Positions 19,253-31,382 are shown, numbered from the stretch's first letter. The stretch: 64,000 bases of DNA from Candidatus Dojkabacteria bacterium (GCA_040765985.1 JAXGRK010000001.1:72513-136512); one strand, 5' to 3'. Notes: a model not told the origin generated them from the letters alone. Numbers and translations are program-made.

Positions 19253-20729
19253 TCAAAAAGAGTATCTCCTATATTTACCTTCCTCCCCTATTATTATCCT
19301 GTCAGAATTTTTTAAGGGTATTTTAAATTTGTAATTAGGATATTTTTCAAATATCCTGTTCCTTATCTCCATCTCCCCATACTTTAAACTTAATTCTATT
19401 ATTTTGCGCAGAGGGACCATATACGATTGGCCTGTGCCTTCCATCAATTACTAAGTACCCAAATGTCAAAGTGTTTCTACTAGACATAAACTCTATTTTA
19501 TTAGAAGTGAAATGAGAAAAAACTGCCCCATTTTTTAAATCTCCCTCAACAACGACCTTCTCCCCCATTTGAGGAATTTTAAGAATCTGTAAAACTGAAC
19601 CCAAACCGTAAATATCTCTTTGTGGGGCATCTTGGGAGGAAACTTTACCAGAAAATATAATCTTATTTTTACCTTGAGAAGAAACTTCGGGAATCAATAT
19701 TTTAAATGCACTAGGTAAAACATCACCTCTAAATACAACGATGTCTTCCGATTGCTCCTTTTCTATCATACTTTTACCAAATGTTAATACTTTGTTCTCA
19801 TTATCTACATATAAATCTATAACCCCTTCCAATTCTAAACCGTCAATTAAAGAAAAAAGTAACTCTCTTTTAGAAAGAAGTTTAGGGATATTACCTGATA
19901 CAAAAATAGCCGTATTCCTACCAATCATATCACCCAATCTTTCCTTGTTTTGATTTTTAATCGAAAGTAATTGAAGCGTTGTAAAAGCCCTAAGTAAATC
20001 ACGTAACACTGGATCTAAAATGTATTCACAGTTATGAGCAATTAAGTTGGCCCATTTATTTGAGATATCCTCCGATGATGAATCTGAAGAGAGAAAGGAT
20101 TGAATCTTAGAACTTTTTATGAAATCAATCAACCCTATTTCATTACCCCAATCAATTTTAAAAGTAGAAAAACCAATTTCATTGGAAGCAGATTTTGAGA
20201 ATATACTTGAGGATGTATGTATATTCTTTTCTCTGTATATCGAAAAATGTGAGATATCCAAATCTACCCATATTACATCGTTGTAACCCAACCTATTTAC
20301 AAGACCCTTTATTAACGATTCAAATTGGCCATTATCCAAAATCTTAAGAGCTATATCATTAGAAAACTCTTTTAAAGAAATCAATATATTTTTAAAAAAT
20401 GGCTGATTATCATCTACAATTACTTTTATTCCCGATACTCCTATCTCCTCTCTCTCAAAACTCTTTATTTTAAAAATACCTTCATAAGTTCTATCAACAA
20501 TATCCCAATCAAATATTTTTTCTAAGGAGTCAAAATACTCATACCAAAAATCTTTCGAAAAAGACAAATCGTCTAATCTAAATTTTAAAGGTGACAAATC
20601 TGTAGAGTCAGAAAGAATATATGTTTTTTGAGAAGTAATATCAGAATATGCTAAATTAGCATATATAAAATTATCTTTTATTAATAAAGTAAGATACGCA
20701 TTCTTGTTTAACATAGGCAGTTGATTCAT
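19253..20729 (-). CDS. hypothetical protein (possibly actin/ASKHA-like ATPase fold), probable frameshift near 19.42-19.44 kb
   Basis: 460-aa ORF plus an overlapping 64-aa ORF in another frame. An open 64-codon frame is unlikely by chance in AT-rich DNA. The switch sits at a CCC run. Confidence 0.4.
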
Positions 20730-20818
20730 CGTACTAATAGTTTACCAATTTAACAGTATTTTTCCAACAAAAAGGGGAGAGTTACCCCTCCCCTAGCAAA
20801 AACATATTCAAAAAATCT

Positions 20819-21163
20819 TTATACCTCTCTTGAAATATATGGTAGTAAAGCCATAAATCTTGCTCTCTTAATTGCCTTTTTTAACTGTTTCTGATGCTTA
20901 TGACAAGCTCCAGATTTCTCAACAGATATTATCTTACCTCTTACAGATGTAAATTTCTTTAACTGATAAACATCTTTGTAAGAAACCTCCTTAATACCAG
21001 AATCACATAGAGGACACGAAAGGTTTTGAATTATCTTCCTTCTCCTTCTCTGTTTCTTTTTACCACCGTACTGCTCTGTAGATTCTTCTTCTACAACACT
21101 CTTCTCATCAAAGACATCATCTATAGTTGGTGCTATTTTTTTTGTTACTTCCTCTTCCATCAA
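20819..21163 (-). CDS. rpsR: 30S ribosomal protein S18 with acidic N-terminal extension
   Basis: C-terminal KQLKKAIKRARFMALLPY. rpsF-ssb-rpsR gene order. Confidence 0.9.
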   Translation of the reverse strand: MMEEEVTKKIAPTIDDVFDEKSVVEEESTEQYGGKKKQRRRRKIIQNLSCPLCDSGIKEVSYKDVYQLKKFTSVRGKIISVEKSGACHKHQKQLKKAIKRARFMALLPYISREV

Positions 21164-21181
21164 TCAATTACTTAATACAAA

Positions 21182-21658
21182 TTAAAATGGTAAATCAGAA
21201 TCCTCTAAAGGATCATCAGTTGCAACATCTTCCTCAACTGCTGCGGGAGTTTCAATCTCTTCTTCGGACTCTGCTGGTTTTTCGTGGTTTGAATCACCTT
21301 CAAAGCCAGCACCCTGTTTACCCTTACTATCTAAAAGAATCATATCGTTTACTCTTACCTCTGTTTTGTATCTTGTAGAGCCATCATCTGCTTCCCAAGA
21401 TCTAGTAGTAAGAGAACCCTCAATGTATACCTTCATTCCTTTAGCTAAAAGTTGCTGACATATCTCTGCCATCTTGTTCCATGCAACTATGTTATGAAAT
21501 TCTGCAACCTCTTTTACATTACCATCTTGATCCTTCCAAGATTTATTAGTTGCCATTCCAAATGTTACAACTGGAGTACCTCCTGTTGTATACCTTATCT
21601 CTGGTTCTCTTGTTAGATTACCTATCAACTGAACCTTATTTAAAGACCTTGCTGACAT
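21182..21658 (-). CDS. ssb: single-stranded DNA-binding protein
   Basis: OB fold LNKVQLIGNLTREPEIRYT, acidic tail ending DSDLPF. Confidence 0.95.
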   Translation of the reverse strand: MSARSLNKVQLIGNLTREPEIRYTTGGTPVVTFGMATNKSWKDQDGNVKEVAEFHNIVAWNKMAEICQQLLAKGMKVYIEGSLTTRSWEADDGSTRYKTEVRVNDMILLDSKGKQGAGFEGDSNHEKPAESEEEIETPAAVEEDVATDDPLEDSDLPF

Positions 21659-21722
21659 TTTTTGTATATATATAAATTTAACTTACCTTAATCTTAACAC
21701 CCAAATATTACAAAATATTGAA

Positions 21723-22076
21723 CTAAACCTCTATCTCTTTCTTCTTAATACCCTTACCAATTTTATCCGTATTATCAACCTGAATTATCATAAATCTAAG
21801 TAACTCTTGCCTTAATTGTAATAATCTTTTCATCTCATTGATATTACCTGGGATGTTTCTAAAGTTGTAAACAATGTAATACCCCTCGTTATGTCCCTCT
21901 ATCTTGTATGCAAGATATCTTTTTCCCCATACATCTACATCTAAAACCTCTCCACCATCTTTACTCATCATAGCCATAAACTCTTTATGTACACTCTTTC
22001 TTAAGTCATCAGGCAAGAGTGGTTTAAGAGCAATCATTAATTCATATGTTTTCATTTCCTTTTTAGCAACAGCCAT
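21723..22076 (-). CDS. rpsF: 30S ribosomal protein S6
   Basis: YELMIALKP...WGKRYLAYKI pattern. Sits upstream of ssb. Confidence 0.9.
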   Translation of the reverse strand: MAVAKKEMKTYELMIALKPLLPDDLRKSVHKEFMAMMSKDGGEVLDVDVWGKRYLAYKIEGHNEGYYIVYNFRNIPGNINEMKRLLQLRQELLRFMIIQVDNTDKIGKGIKKKEIEV

Positions 22077-22144
22077 TTATCTTTTAAATATATTTTAACT
22101 AAGCAGAAGGATTTTAGCAGAAAAAAAGAGATATTACAATTGTA

Positions 22145-23269
22145 TTAGGTATTAGCAAGAATGATAATATAGTCACCATCATTAACAATATACTCCCTAC
22201 CATGATTTTTTATCATCCCCTTCTCTTTTGCAATATTCCAGCCACCAACATCTATCAATTCATCTACATTAACTACATCTGCTGTAATAAAGTTTTTACC
22301 CAAATCTGTATGTATTACACTTGCAGCACTCTTAACATCTGCACCTCTTTCAATGCTCCATGCGTTACACTCTTTCTGCGAACCAGTGTAGAAAGTAATT
22401 AAGTTTAATCTATCATATGCACTCATAATTACATCCTCTACTATAATAGGTTTTTTACCCAATAATTCCACATACTCATTAAATTCATCTCCATTCATAC
22501 TAGCTAAATCAGAAAGTAATTTAACATCAACCTCAAGCACATACTTACACGAATCATCTTTACAAATACCTCCTAACTCTTTCTTCCATTTCTCTATACT
22601 CTCCTCTTCTAAACCCTCTTTACAGTTTAAAACAATAACCCTTTGTTTATTAGTTAACAACCATAACTCATTTACTACACCTCTCTCGTCATCAGTAAGG
22701 GATATATCTATAACTGGAATACCCTCATTAAGACCTTTTAAGACTTTTTCTAATGCACTTAGCTCTAAGGCAATACTTTCAGTAATACCAGGCCTTGAAT
22801 TTCTTTTAACCGTATCATACCTTTTTTCAACACTCTCTAAATCTTTAATTATTAACTCAGATTGTACAATCTCAAAATCATCAACAGGATCTACTCTGTT
22901 ATATACATGTACAACCTCTTCACTCTTAAAAGCCCTAAGAACATATATTATTACATCAACCTCTCTAATATGAGAAAGAAACTGATTACCCAAACCCTCC
23001 CCTTTAGAAGCACCCTTAACCAGTCCTGCAATATCTACAAATGTCATAGCAGAGGGTACAATCTTTTGGGCTTTAAAAAATTCAGATAACCTATCCAACC
23101 TTTTATCTGGTATCTGTACAACTCCAATATTCTTGTCTATCGTACAGAAAGGATAGTTTTCAGCAGGCACTGACTTTTTAGTTAATGCATTAAACAGTGT
23201 AGACTTACCAGAATTTGGTAAACCAACAATACCAAGGGATAGTGTGTGCGACCTAGTTACATTCTCCAT
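22145..23269 (-). CDS. ychF: redox-regulated ATPase YchF
   Basis: GIVGLPNSGKSTLFNALT P-loop, TGS-like C-terminus. Confidence 0.95.
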   Translation of the reverse strand: MENVTRSHTLSLGIVGLPNSGKSTLFNALTKKSVPAENYPFCTIDKNIGVVQIPDKRLDRLSEFFKAQKIVPSAMTFVDIAGLVKGASKGEGLGNQFLSHIREVDVIIYVLRAFKSEEVVHVYNRVDPVDDFEIVQSELIIKDLESVEKRYDTVKRNSRPGITESIALELSALEKVLKGLNEGIPVIDISLTDDERGVVNELWLLTNKQRVIVLNCKEGLEEESIEKWKKELGGICKDDSCKYVLEVDVKLLSDLASMNGDEFNEYVELLGKKPIIVEDVIMSAYDRLNLITFYTGSQKECNAWSIERGADVKSAASVIHTDLGKNFITADVVNVDELIDVGGWNIAKEKGMIKNHGREYIVNDGDYIIILANT

Positions 23270-23352
23270 TTATCAAGATATATCGTAATATATTAAGATT
23301 TCAATTATACCACTTTTAAATACTACATTTCTAAAGTAAGATATCAATATAT

Positions 23353-25200
23353 ATGAAACTGTCCAAACCCATATTTACAACTTTAATATTTTGTTTTACC
23401 CTACTACTCTCTTTTTCAAAAATACAGGCAATTACATATGATTTCATACTTACAAATGATACAACTGTTAAATACACAACTGGAAGTGACTATGTAGAGT
23501 TGTAAACAGTTTTAAAAGAAGTTAAAAACAACCAATACTTTGTATCTACTGTAGGAGAAAAAACATTTCATATTCCTGATATTTACTCTAATGACACTCA
23601 AGATATTGATACTGAAAGACTTTTTAAAAAGACTCTCTGTCCGTTAAATCTAATACTGGCAAAGATCTTGAATATACCATTGAGGAATTAGAAAAAGGAG
23701 AGGGAATGTATATTAAAGTACCAAATTACAAAGAAACTAGGTATGGTAACCCCTATGAAGTCATATTAACATATCATACTCATGATTTTTTAAAAAAGTA
23801 TATGATTCTGTGATAATACAATACCCAATACTAAGTGAGGATACTCAGTTTGAACAGAAAGATGAAAGTACAGATACAACTGCCCAAATCAATTACAATC
23901 TGAATTTTGAATTTGATAAAGATATACCACCTCTCGTTAAAATTTTTCCCTCAGAATATACCTCAAATCCACTCGATAAGGATTCTGGAACTGAATATTC
24001 CTTCTCTTCTCAACAAAGAATTGGGAATCCAATATATTTAGAATTCGGTACTAATCAAGTGTATAGATTTGAACTTAATTTAGAAACTATAAAAACAGAT
24101 GGGTTTGTACCAGAAAAATACTCATTAAATCTTCCCTTCCTTTCTACAAATATATACCAAGTTTCTTTACCAAGAGAATCTGATGAGAGCAATCAAAGTG
24201 TTAAGATTGAAAACATATCCCCTACCCCAACTAAACTACTTGTAAACCAAGAAGGTAATGTTACAGCAACATTTGAAGTTCCTGCGAATACAGATAGTAA
24301 CATTCAAGTATCTGGATATATTTGGCTTGAGCAAAAGTCTTTAGATGAAAAGTTGCCAATCCCAAATCCTAAGTACACCATTTATTTAGAAGAAATAAAG
24401 GGAGATCCTAACCTATCAAGATATCTCTTACCCACAGATTACTGGGAAGTCAACGATATATATATTCAACAGGAAGCAAAAATATACTTGGTAAGAACGT
24501 ATATCTTCTTGATGTTGTTAAATCAGTATATGGATATATAAATGAGAAACTTGAATACAATGATACCAAAGCAAATGATTTAACATCAAAAAGAATTGGA
24601 GCAAAAGCCGCCTTACAAGGAGGCCCCTCTGTATGTATGGAGTACTCTGACTCCATGATTGCTATCCTTCGAGCCCTTGGCATACCTTCAAGAGGGGCAT
24701 TAGGATACACATCATTAAGTACTAATCAAGAAGTCAAAATTAGTCATCAATGGGTACAGCTTTGGATTCCAGATTACGGATGGTTAAGTGTTGACCCAAC
24801 TTATGAAAGCAGTAATATGATGATTGGACAAAGTATTGATTACGTCCTTTGGAGTACTTTCTTTGATAACAACATTTCGGATATAAATGTACTTACCGCA
24901 AATATAGAGAACCTAGATTTTGATGCAAACACTTTTGAGGTTAAGGTATATGCAATAGAGAGTACTCTAGTTCCTACAGATTTAATGTCATACCCAGATA
25001 TTCAAATTGAAAACAATGATGATAGTAGTACAAAGGAGTATTTAAATGTTCTCGTTAAAACAACACCTCTTGGGAAAGCATTGCTAATATTACTTCCTAT
25101 TACAGTAGTATTGATATTACTAATACTTTTACTCTCACTGATAGTACTTCTTGTTAAAAGACTTAAAACTCGTAAAGCTTCTCCAAATCAATCGCTTTAA
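23353..25200 (+). pseudogene. secreted/anchored transglutaminase-like protein, disrupted (in-frame TAA at 23503-23505 plus about 3 frameshifts)
   Basis: Signal peptide MKLSKPIFTTLIFCFTLLLSFSKIQA. Core GGPSVCMEYSDSMIAILRALGIPSRGALGY...HQWVQLWIPDYGWLSVDPT (Cys-His-Asp). C-terminal TM. Frame switches traced at A-runs near 23.63, 23.79 and 24476-24480. Confidence 0.7.
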
Positions 25201-26670
25201 CCCCCTCATCTAATCGGTCCTGTGCAGTAGCGTAAAGCGTCATTAAGACATCACCTTTCTCTACTTTATCCCCAGGCATCTTGTCTACATATATACCCGC
25301 CTCTTTTATCCTTGGTGTCCCCAATGATCTCGCAATCTCTACTACTTCTCTAGTACATATATTTTTAACTACACCGGATTTGGTTGCTTTAATCTGATAT
25401 TTTAATTCCCCCGGTTTTAAATCTTTTGCCTTAATGATTTTCTTTGCTCCCTGTTTCGTAGCTATATCCCAGAATTTCTTTAGAGCTTTACCAGAATCTA
25501 GTATCTCTTGAGCAAATTTCTTACCCGTACCCTTCTTTGCCTTACCTACCCCCTCAAAAATCTCACTTGCCATAGATAGGACAGTTTCCTCTAACTCTTC
25601 GGAACGTTTCTCGTCCCTTTCCAAAACCTTTAAACACTCCTTCATTTCAAGTACAGGACCAACCCCATTACCATCTGGACCCTTTACTACTCTTTTATGT
25701 GTTACACACTTAATATCAAATTTATGAAATAGTTTCTCAAACTCTCTTTTCAAAAATTCTAAATCATCCGGCTTCTCTATTTTAGTACCTTTACCATATG
25801 GCAAATCAATCAATACAAAAGAAGACCCCATGGCTATTTTTTTAGCAACAATACTTACTAATACCTTTTGAAATTCCTGTACTCTAAGAGATCTCTCAAC
25901 ATTGATGATTTCATCGTCAGCTGGGGCTAAATACAATGCTCCACCCCATACCATACATGCCCCAACCTTTTCAACTACCTTGTATACTTGCTCTTTATCT
26001 AAAGCCACTGGCATAACAGTCTCTAAAATATCCGTGGTACCAGCAGGAGAAGTAATGGCCTAGTTGATGTATTAGGAACTACCAAGCCACCAGCAGCTAA
26101 TATCGGAACTAGTATTGGGGTAATACCTTTGCCAGCAGTACCACCAATGGAGTGTTTATCAACTACAAGACCTTTGTTGTTTCTAATATATTTAAAATCT
26201 AAGATCTCTCCAGATTCGGCCATACCCTTAGTCATCGAATATATCTCATCTTCAGTAAAGCCCGGATTAAAGAAAGTAGATACAAAAAAGGCAATTTCTG
26301 TCTCCTTAAGCTTCCTTGAGCCAATATCTCTCATAATTGAGAGAAGTTCCTGTTCATTCAACCTCTGACCAGACAGTTTTTTTCTAATAGCATCAAGTGC
26401 ATCACTAGTAGAAGGTATATCTAAAAGCAATCTCCTTCCCTCTGGGATATGATATTCCTCATAGATCTCCTCATACAGACCCACATTTCCAGCAGTTACC
26501 TTGGTATCAGTAATTATAACTTTTACGTAAAGCTCAACATCCCTATACCCAAGTAAAACTATATCCCCCTCCTTGATTCCGAGCTCCTCTGCATCAGTTT
26601 GATTGAGTATAACGAATAGTTCTTTGCCCGCTCCTAGATCAAGTTTTTTACCCTTTAGATACAGTGCCAT
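25163..26670 (-). CDS. AMP phosphorylase (thymidine-phosphorylase family with archaeal-type N-terminal domain), single -1 frameshift at about 26057-26060
   Basis: N-terminal MALYLKGKKLDLGAGKELFVILNQTDAEELGI, HSIGGTAGKGITPILVPILAAGG. Adding one G (AGGCC to AGGGCC) restores NTSTRAITSPAGTTDILETVMPVALDKEQ. Confidence 0.8.
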
Positions 26671-26690
26671 AATTTTTCATTTTTAATATA

Positions 26691-27630
26691 TTAATCAAAA
26701 AGCCAAGTATATTTACTCTTAACTATACCAGCAATTTCTTCTGGTTTAATAATACCAAATTCGGTCATAAATCCAGAAATCAATTTACTATCAATAATCT
26801 CAAAGGCAGGGTTAAACATCTTAATACCTTTAGGTGCATCATGCCACAATTCATGATCCTCACGAATTTCTATAGATATATCCCTATGAGTAACTTCAGG
26901 ATTTATCTTCAAAAGCGGTGAAACAATATATACTGGGGTACTTGAGTAGTTCGCAGCAACAGCAATTCCCCAGCTTCCTATCTTGTTAATACAGTAACCA
27001 TCTAGAGTGATTTCATCACAACCCATAAACACTCCATCTATTGGAACTGAGCCCCTACCTATTGTAAATGATTCCGCTGCACTATCAGCAATCAAAGTAG
27101 TAGAAATACCCGCTTCCAAAAGACTTTTCGCAGTTATTCTCCCCTGGAAACGAGGTCTAGTTTCTGTACATACTGCATCAAATGAGGACTTTCCTTGCGC
27201 AATCTCTTTTATTATACTTACAGCTGTAGATGAGTGACAATGAGTTAAAACATTCTCGAAATTTCTTACAAGGGACACATAAATCAACAATAGCTCTCTT
27301 TGAATCCGCAATCTTAAAAAGGTATTCATCACAGTACTCATCAAGTTGCTGTTTCATATCATTTAAGGAATGTAAATCAGAGAAATGTTGTTTAAACAAA
27401 TGAGATACATATTTAACTGCATTTCTTGCTAACGGCTCATTCAATCTTGCATTAGCCAATTTGTATCCTACTCTCACTAACTCTTTGTAAAACAGCTCCT
27501 TATCTGTAATATTGGACTCCTCAATGAAAATCTTCATACCTTCAACTGTAGCAATACCAACATTGGTCGCACCCTGAATGTTCAAATCTTGTATATCTTT
27601 TTCTATATCTAATATCTGTTTAACACTCAT
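26691..27630 (-). CDS. ribose-1,5-bisphosphate isomerase (eIF-2B alpha/beta/delta-like, e2b2), frameshift near 27.27 kb
   Basis: THCHSSTAVSIIKEIA, ETRPRFQGRITAKSL, GCDEITLDG. The two overlapping ORFs join at ...KRAIVDL/YVSLVRNFENVLTH. Confidence 0.75.
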
Positions 27631-27631
27631 A

Positions 27632-29059
27632 TTACTTTAATTCAAACTCTTCATTTAATTTAGGAATATCTACCTCAACACCAAGCTCTGCTTTAATATT
27701 GGTACCAAAACCAATTGCAATCTCTTCATCCGCATGAACAATAAAGATCTTTTTAGGAGAGTGCCCAAAACCTCTTAACCAGTACCTTAAATCTCGTTGA
27801 TCACCATGGGCAGAGAAGCCACCTAATGTATGTATTTGAGCACGAACATTGAGTGTTTCTCCCATTACTTTAATCTCTTTTTCTCTATCAACTATTTTTC
27901 TTCCAAGCGTACCTGCTACTTGATATCCGACAAAAATCATATGAGTTGATGGATTCTCAATATTATTCTTAATATGATGAACAATTCTTCCTCCAGTACA
28001 CATACCACTACCAGCAATGATAATTACACCTCTTTTTGAAATTAATCTCTTAGATTCCTCAGATGAATCCGTTGTAATTAATCCATTAAAATGAAATGGA
28101 TCATCACCCTTTTCAAGTAATCTTCTTGCATCTTCATCATAAAAAGTAGGATATTGTTTAAATACCTCTGTTGCCTTAGAAGCCATAGGACTATCAAGAT
28201 ATACCTCTAGTCCCTCTAATATTTTGTTTTCTACAAATAGGTTCATCTCATACAAAATCTCTTGAGTTCTCTCTATAGCAAAAGATGGTATTAAAACATT
28301 ACCACCCTCCTCTTTAGCCAATTTAAGTATTGATAGGAGCTCTAATACCGTTTCATCTTTACTCTTGTGCAATCTATTACCGTATGTTGCCTCGCAAATT
28401 ACATAATCTGCCTCTCTAATTAAATCGGGATCTCTCACAATTCTCGCACCCGGCTGTCCTAAGTCACCAGAAAATACCAACTTCCTATCTCTTCCCTCTG
28501 GTGTCCTTATCCAAAACTCAATCATTGCAGAACCAAGAATATGTCCAGCATCCCTCATTCCGAACTCCACACCCTTATGAATATTTATAGATGAACCGTA
28601 CGGATATATTTCAAACTGTGCAAACATATCTTCAACATCCTCTTCCGAAAAAAGGGGCTTTCTTTGTTCAAACAAAGATCCCTCTGCAGCCAAATTCTGT
28701 CCATCACTGCTCGTATTACTTCTAGCTTGCCATCTCTCATACTCTTCCTGCTGTAATTTTGCAGCATCTAAAAGCACTATTTTTGCTAAATCTCTAGTCG
28801 GTTGAGTACCAATTACCCTTCCCTTGAAACCCTGTTTTACCAATATGGGAATTCTTCCACTATGATCAAAATGGGCATGTGTAAGAAAAACCGCATCAAG
28901 CTCAGAGGGGTTAAACGGAAAGGATTCGTAATTAAGTGCATCTATTTCATCTGGTCCTTGGAATGCACCACAATCAACCAAAAATTTAAAATCTCCAGTA
29001 TCAACAAAGTAGCAAGAACCTGTTACTGTTCTAGTGGCTCCACAGAATTTTAATTTCAT
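27632..29059 (-). CDS. MBL-fold beta-CASP ribonuclease (CPSF73/RNase J-like)
   Basis: MKLKFCGATRTVTGSC, HAHFDHSGRIP, beta-CASP and RMMBL-like C-terminus (GFSAHGD). The gene ends 1 nt before the isomerase start. Confidence 0.8.
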   Translation of the reverse strand: MKLKFCGATRTVTGSCYFVDTGDFKFLVDCGAFQGPDEIDALNYESFPFNPSELDAVFLTHAHFDHSGRIPILVKQGFKGRVIGTQPTRDLAKIVLLDAAKLQQEEYERWQARSNTSSDGQNLAAEGSLFEQRKPLFSEEDVEDMFAQFEIYPYGSSINIHKGVEFGMRDAGHILGSAMIEFWIRTPEGRDRKLVFSGDLGQPGARIVRDPDLIREADYVICEATYGNRLHKSKDETVLELLSILKLAKEEGGNVLIPSFAIERTQEILYEMNLFVENKILEGLEVYLDSPMASKATEVFKQYPTFYDEDARRLLEKGDDPFHFNGLITTDSSEESKRLISKRGVIIIAGSGMCTGGRIVHHIKNNIENPSTHMIFVGYQVAGTLGRKIVDREKEIKVMGETLNVRAQIHTLGGFSAHGDQRDLRYWLRGFGHSPKKIFIVHADEEIAIGFGTNIKAELGVEVDIPKLNEEFELK

Positions 29060-29093
29060 TTTGGGCAGTAGTATCCAAATTATTTATATCATA

Positions 29094-30510
29094 TTACAAC
29101 ATATGCCTCGCTTCATCCAATAGCTTCTCCTTTGTATTCATCAAAGGGTCCTCTATGACAATATCTAATAGCTTTCTTAAAATATTTCCCATTTGAGGTC
29201 CTGGTTGAATCCCTATACTACTTAAATCTTCCCCCTTTATATCTAAATCTGAAATCTTAAGTGCCATATCCTTTGCCCTTACCTCAGAAATATGTTTCTG
29301 AAGTTGAGTAATCTCTTCTGGTTGAAATGGGCTATTAGGGTTTGATGTAGCATCAGCTATTCTTAATTTAAAAAGGTCTTCAACATTATCCTCACCTACC
29401 CTATTTAAAAATCTCCTAATTGCAGAATCACTCCACTGACTAAGCGTAAGCTTGTCCATCTCGTCCTTGCTCCCCTCCTGTTGTGCATGAGGGTAGTAAA
29501 ACATGTGATTTTTAACCAATATTTTAACCCTCTCAATCTCTTGTTTGGGAAATTTCATCCTCTTTAATATATTCTCAACCATCTCTGTACCCATTACATC
29601 ATGACCGTAGAAATGACCATTACCCATATCGGTTCTTGGCTTCGCAATATCGTGCAAAAGGGCAGCCAACTTAACACTGTCTTCTGCAAAGTCACAAGTT
29701 TTCAAACTATGCCAATACACATCATGAGCATGGAACAACTTCTGTTCAACTCCATACCCCTCTAAAAGCTCAGGAAGAAATATATTAAGTAAACCGGTTT
29801 CTCTCATCAATTCAATACCCTTAGATGGTTTAGATGAGTTAAGAAGCATCTTCATAAACTCATCTCGAATTCTTTCCATAGATACCTGTTTCGCAACAGG
29901 AATACACTCTTTAATTGCTTCGAAAGTATTCTCTCAATCTCGAAATCTAATTGAGAGCACAATCTACACGCCTTAAAAGCTCTAAGACCATCCTCTTTAA
30001 ATCTTTCTAAAGGAGTACCAACAGCTTTAATTAACTTCATATTTATATCCGTAATTCCCCCAAAAGGATCATATATCTCCCACTCTCTTTCCTCTACGTC
30101 TTCACCTAATTCTTCAGAAGAAAGATCTATAGCCATTGCATTTATTGTAAAATCTCTCCTCCCCAAATCCTTGTATACATCATTTACAAACTCAACCTTA
30201 CTTGGCCATCTCCCATCTATATACTCCTCCTCACTTCTAAATGTTGTAACCTCTACTTCCATATTTTCTTTTTGAACATCAGGAACAAGCGCTATGACAG
30301 TACCAAACTTAGCTCCAGTAGAAATTGCCTTAGGAAAAGCTCTAGCATCTCATCAGGGAGAGCATTAGTTGCCAAATCATAATCGTGTGGTTGTTTACCC
30401 ATAGCGACATCCCTAATTGCACCACCCACAAGATATACATCATACCCCTCTTTAGAAAGGATTCTTGCAATCTTTAAAACATACGATGGAATTTTAAATT
30501 TCAATTTCAT
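29094..30510 (-). pseudogene. cca: CCA-adding tRNA nucleotidyltransferase with HD domain, two frameshifts (about 29.93 and 30.34 kb)
   Basis: VYLVGGAIRDVAMGK..DYDLAT head domain, RRDFTINAMA, HD domain LLHDIAKP. The three ORF pieces are collinear. Confidence 0.8.
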
Positions 30511-30608
30511 ATTTTTACACTCCTATATATAGATAGTATCAAAGTATTAAGTATTCAACAAGAAAAGAAATGCATATATACACCTTACAAAAGTATTAAA
30601 AACCCAAT

Positions 30609-31382
30609 CTATTTACCTTTTGGCCAATCTTTAGTATCAATTTTATTTAACTCAACACCCTTACTTAAAATACTAAATACTATTATCAAAAACATAATAC
30701 CAACTACAAAAGATGCGAATATATCATACTGAGTTAATGTGTATCCAATTACTTGGTAATATTTTACAGGAACAAAAAACATTACTAATGTAAGAAGCAT
30801 TCCCACCAATCTAAACTCTGTCGGACCAAATAGACCAAAGGAGTACTTAAACTCATTTTGAACAAAATTAATCAACTCAACATGTAAAATCAATATTAAG
30901 TATGCAATAGAGAACATCAAACCAATTTCAATTCGCACATAACCAGATAAACCCAAGGCCAAACCAAAAAGTAATGCAGATAATCCATCTATAACATGAT
31001 CAATATAGTAACCGTAATTAGGTCTTGTCTTTTGTCTGTATCTTGCTAAACTACCATCAAAAGAATCTCCAAACCAATTAAGAATTAAACCCAATATTAC
31101 AAGAATTAAATAATATCTATTAAAAAAACCAAGTATAAAGCCAGCAGCAACTACAAAGTTCGCAAAAAAACCTAATCCTGTTAGAATATCTGAATTAACC
31201 CACTTAGGAATTCTTGGGCATATATACTCCTTTGCCTTCTCCTCAATTTTCGCAGTAATGCCAGTATTAACAGCCGTATGCTCATCTCGCTTGTAATCAA
31301 TCTTAAATTTTCTAAGTTGATCCTTAATCTCTTCTTCCAATGTTTTTGTTAAATCTCTTCTTAAGTGCCTCAATAAACTCAT
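30609..31382 (-). CDS. CDP-alcohol phosphatidyltransferase family protein
   Basis: DSFDGSLARYRQKTRPNYGYYIDHVIDGLS matches D-G-x2-A-R-x8-G-x3-D-x3-D. Multiple TM segments. Confidence 0.85.
   Translation of the reverse strand: MSLLRHLRRDLTKTLEEEIKDQLRKFKIDYKRDEHTAVNTGITAKIEEKAKEYICPRIPKWVNSDILTGLGFFANFVVAAGFILGFFNRYYLILVILGLILNWFGDSFDGSLARYRQKTRPNYGYYIDHVIDGLSALLFGLALGLSGYVRIEIGLMFSIAYLILILHVELINFVQNEFKYSFGLFGPTEFRLVGMLLTLVMFFVPVKYYQVIGYTLTQYDIFASFVVGIMFLIIVFSILSKGVELNKIDTKDWPKGK

Noticed and set aside
19253-19447. The 64-aa ORF as an independent small gene.
   Set aside because: It overlaps the 3' end of the 460-aa ORF in another frame, and the switch occurs at a CCC run. It is best explained as the true C-terminus of the upstream gene after a 1-nt indel.
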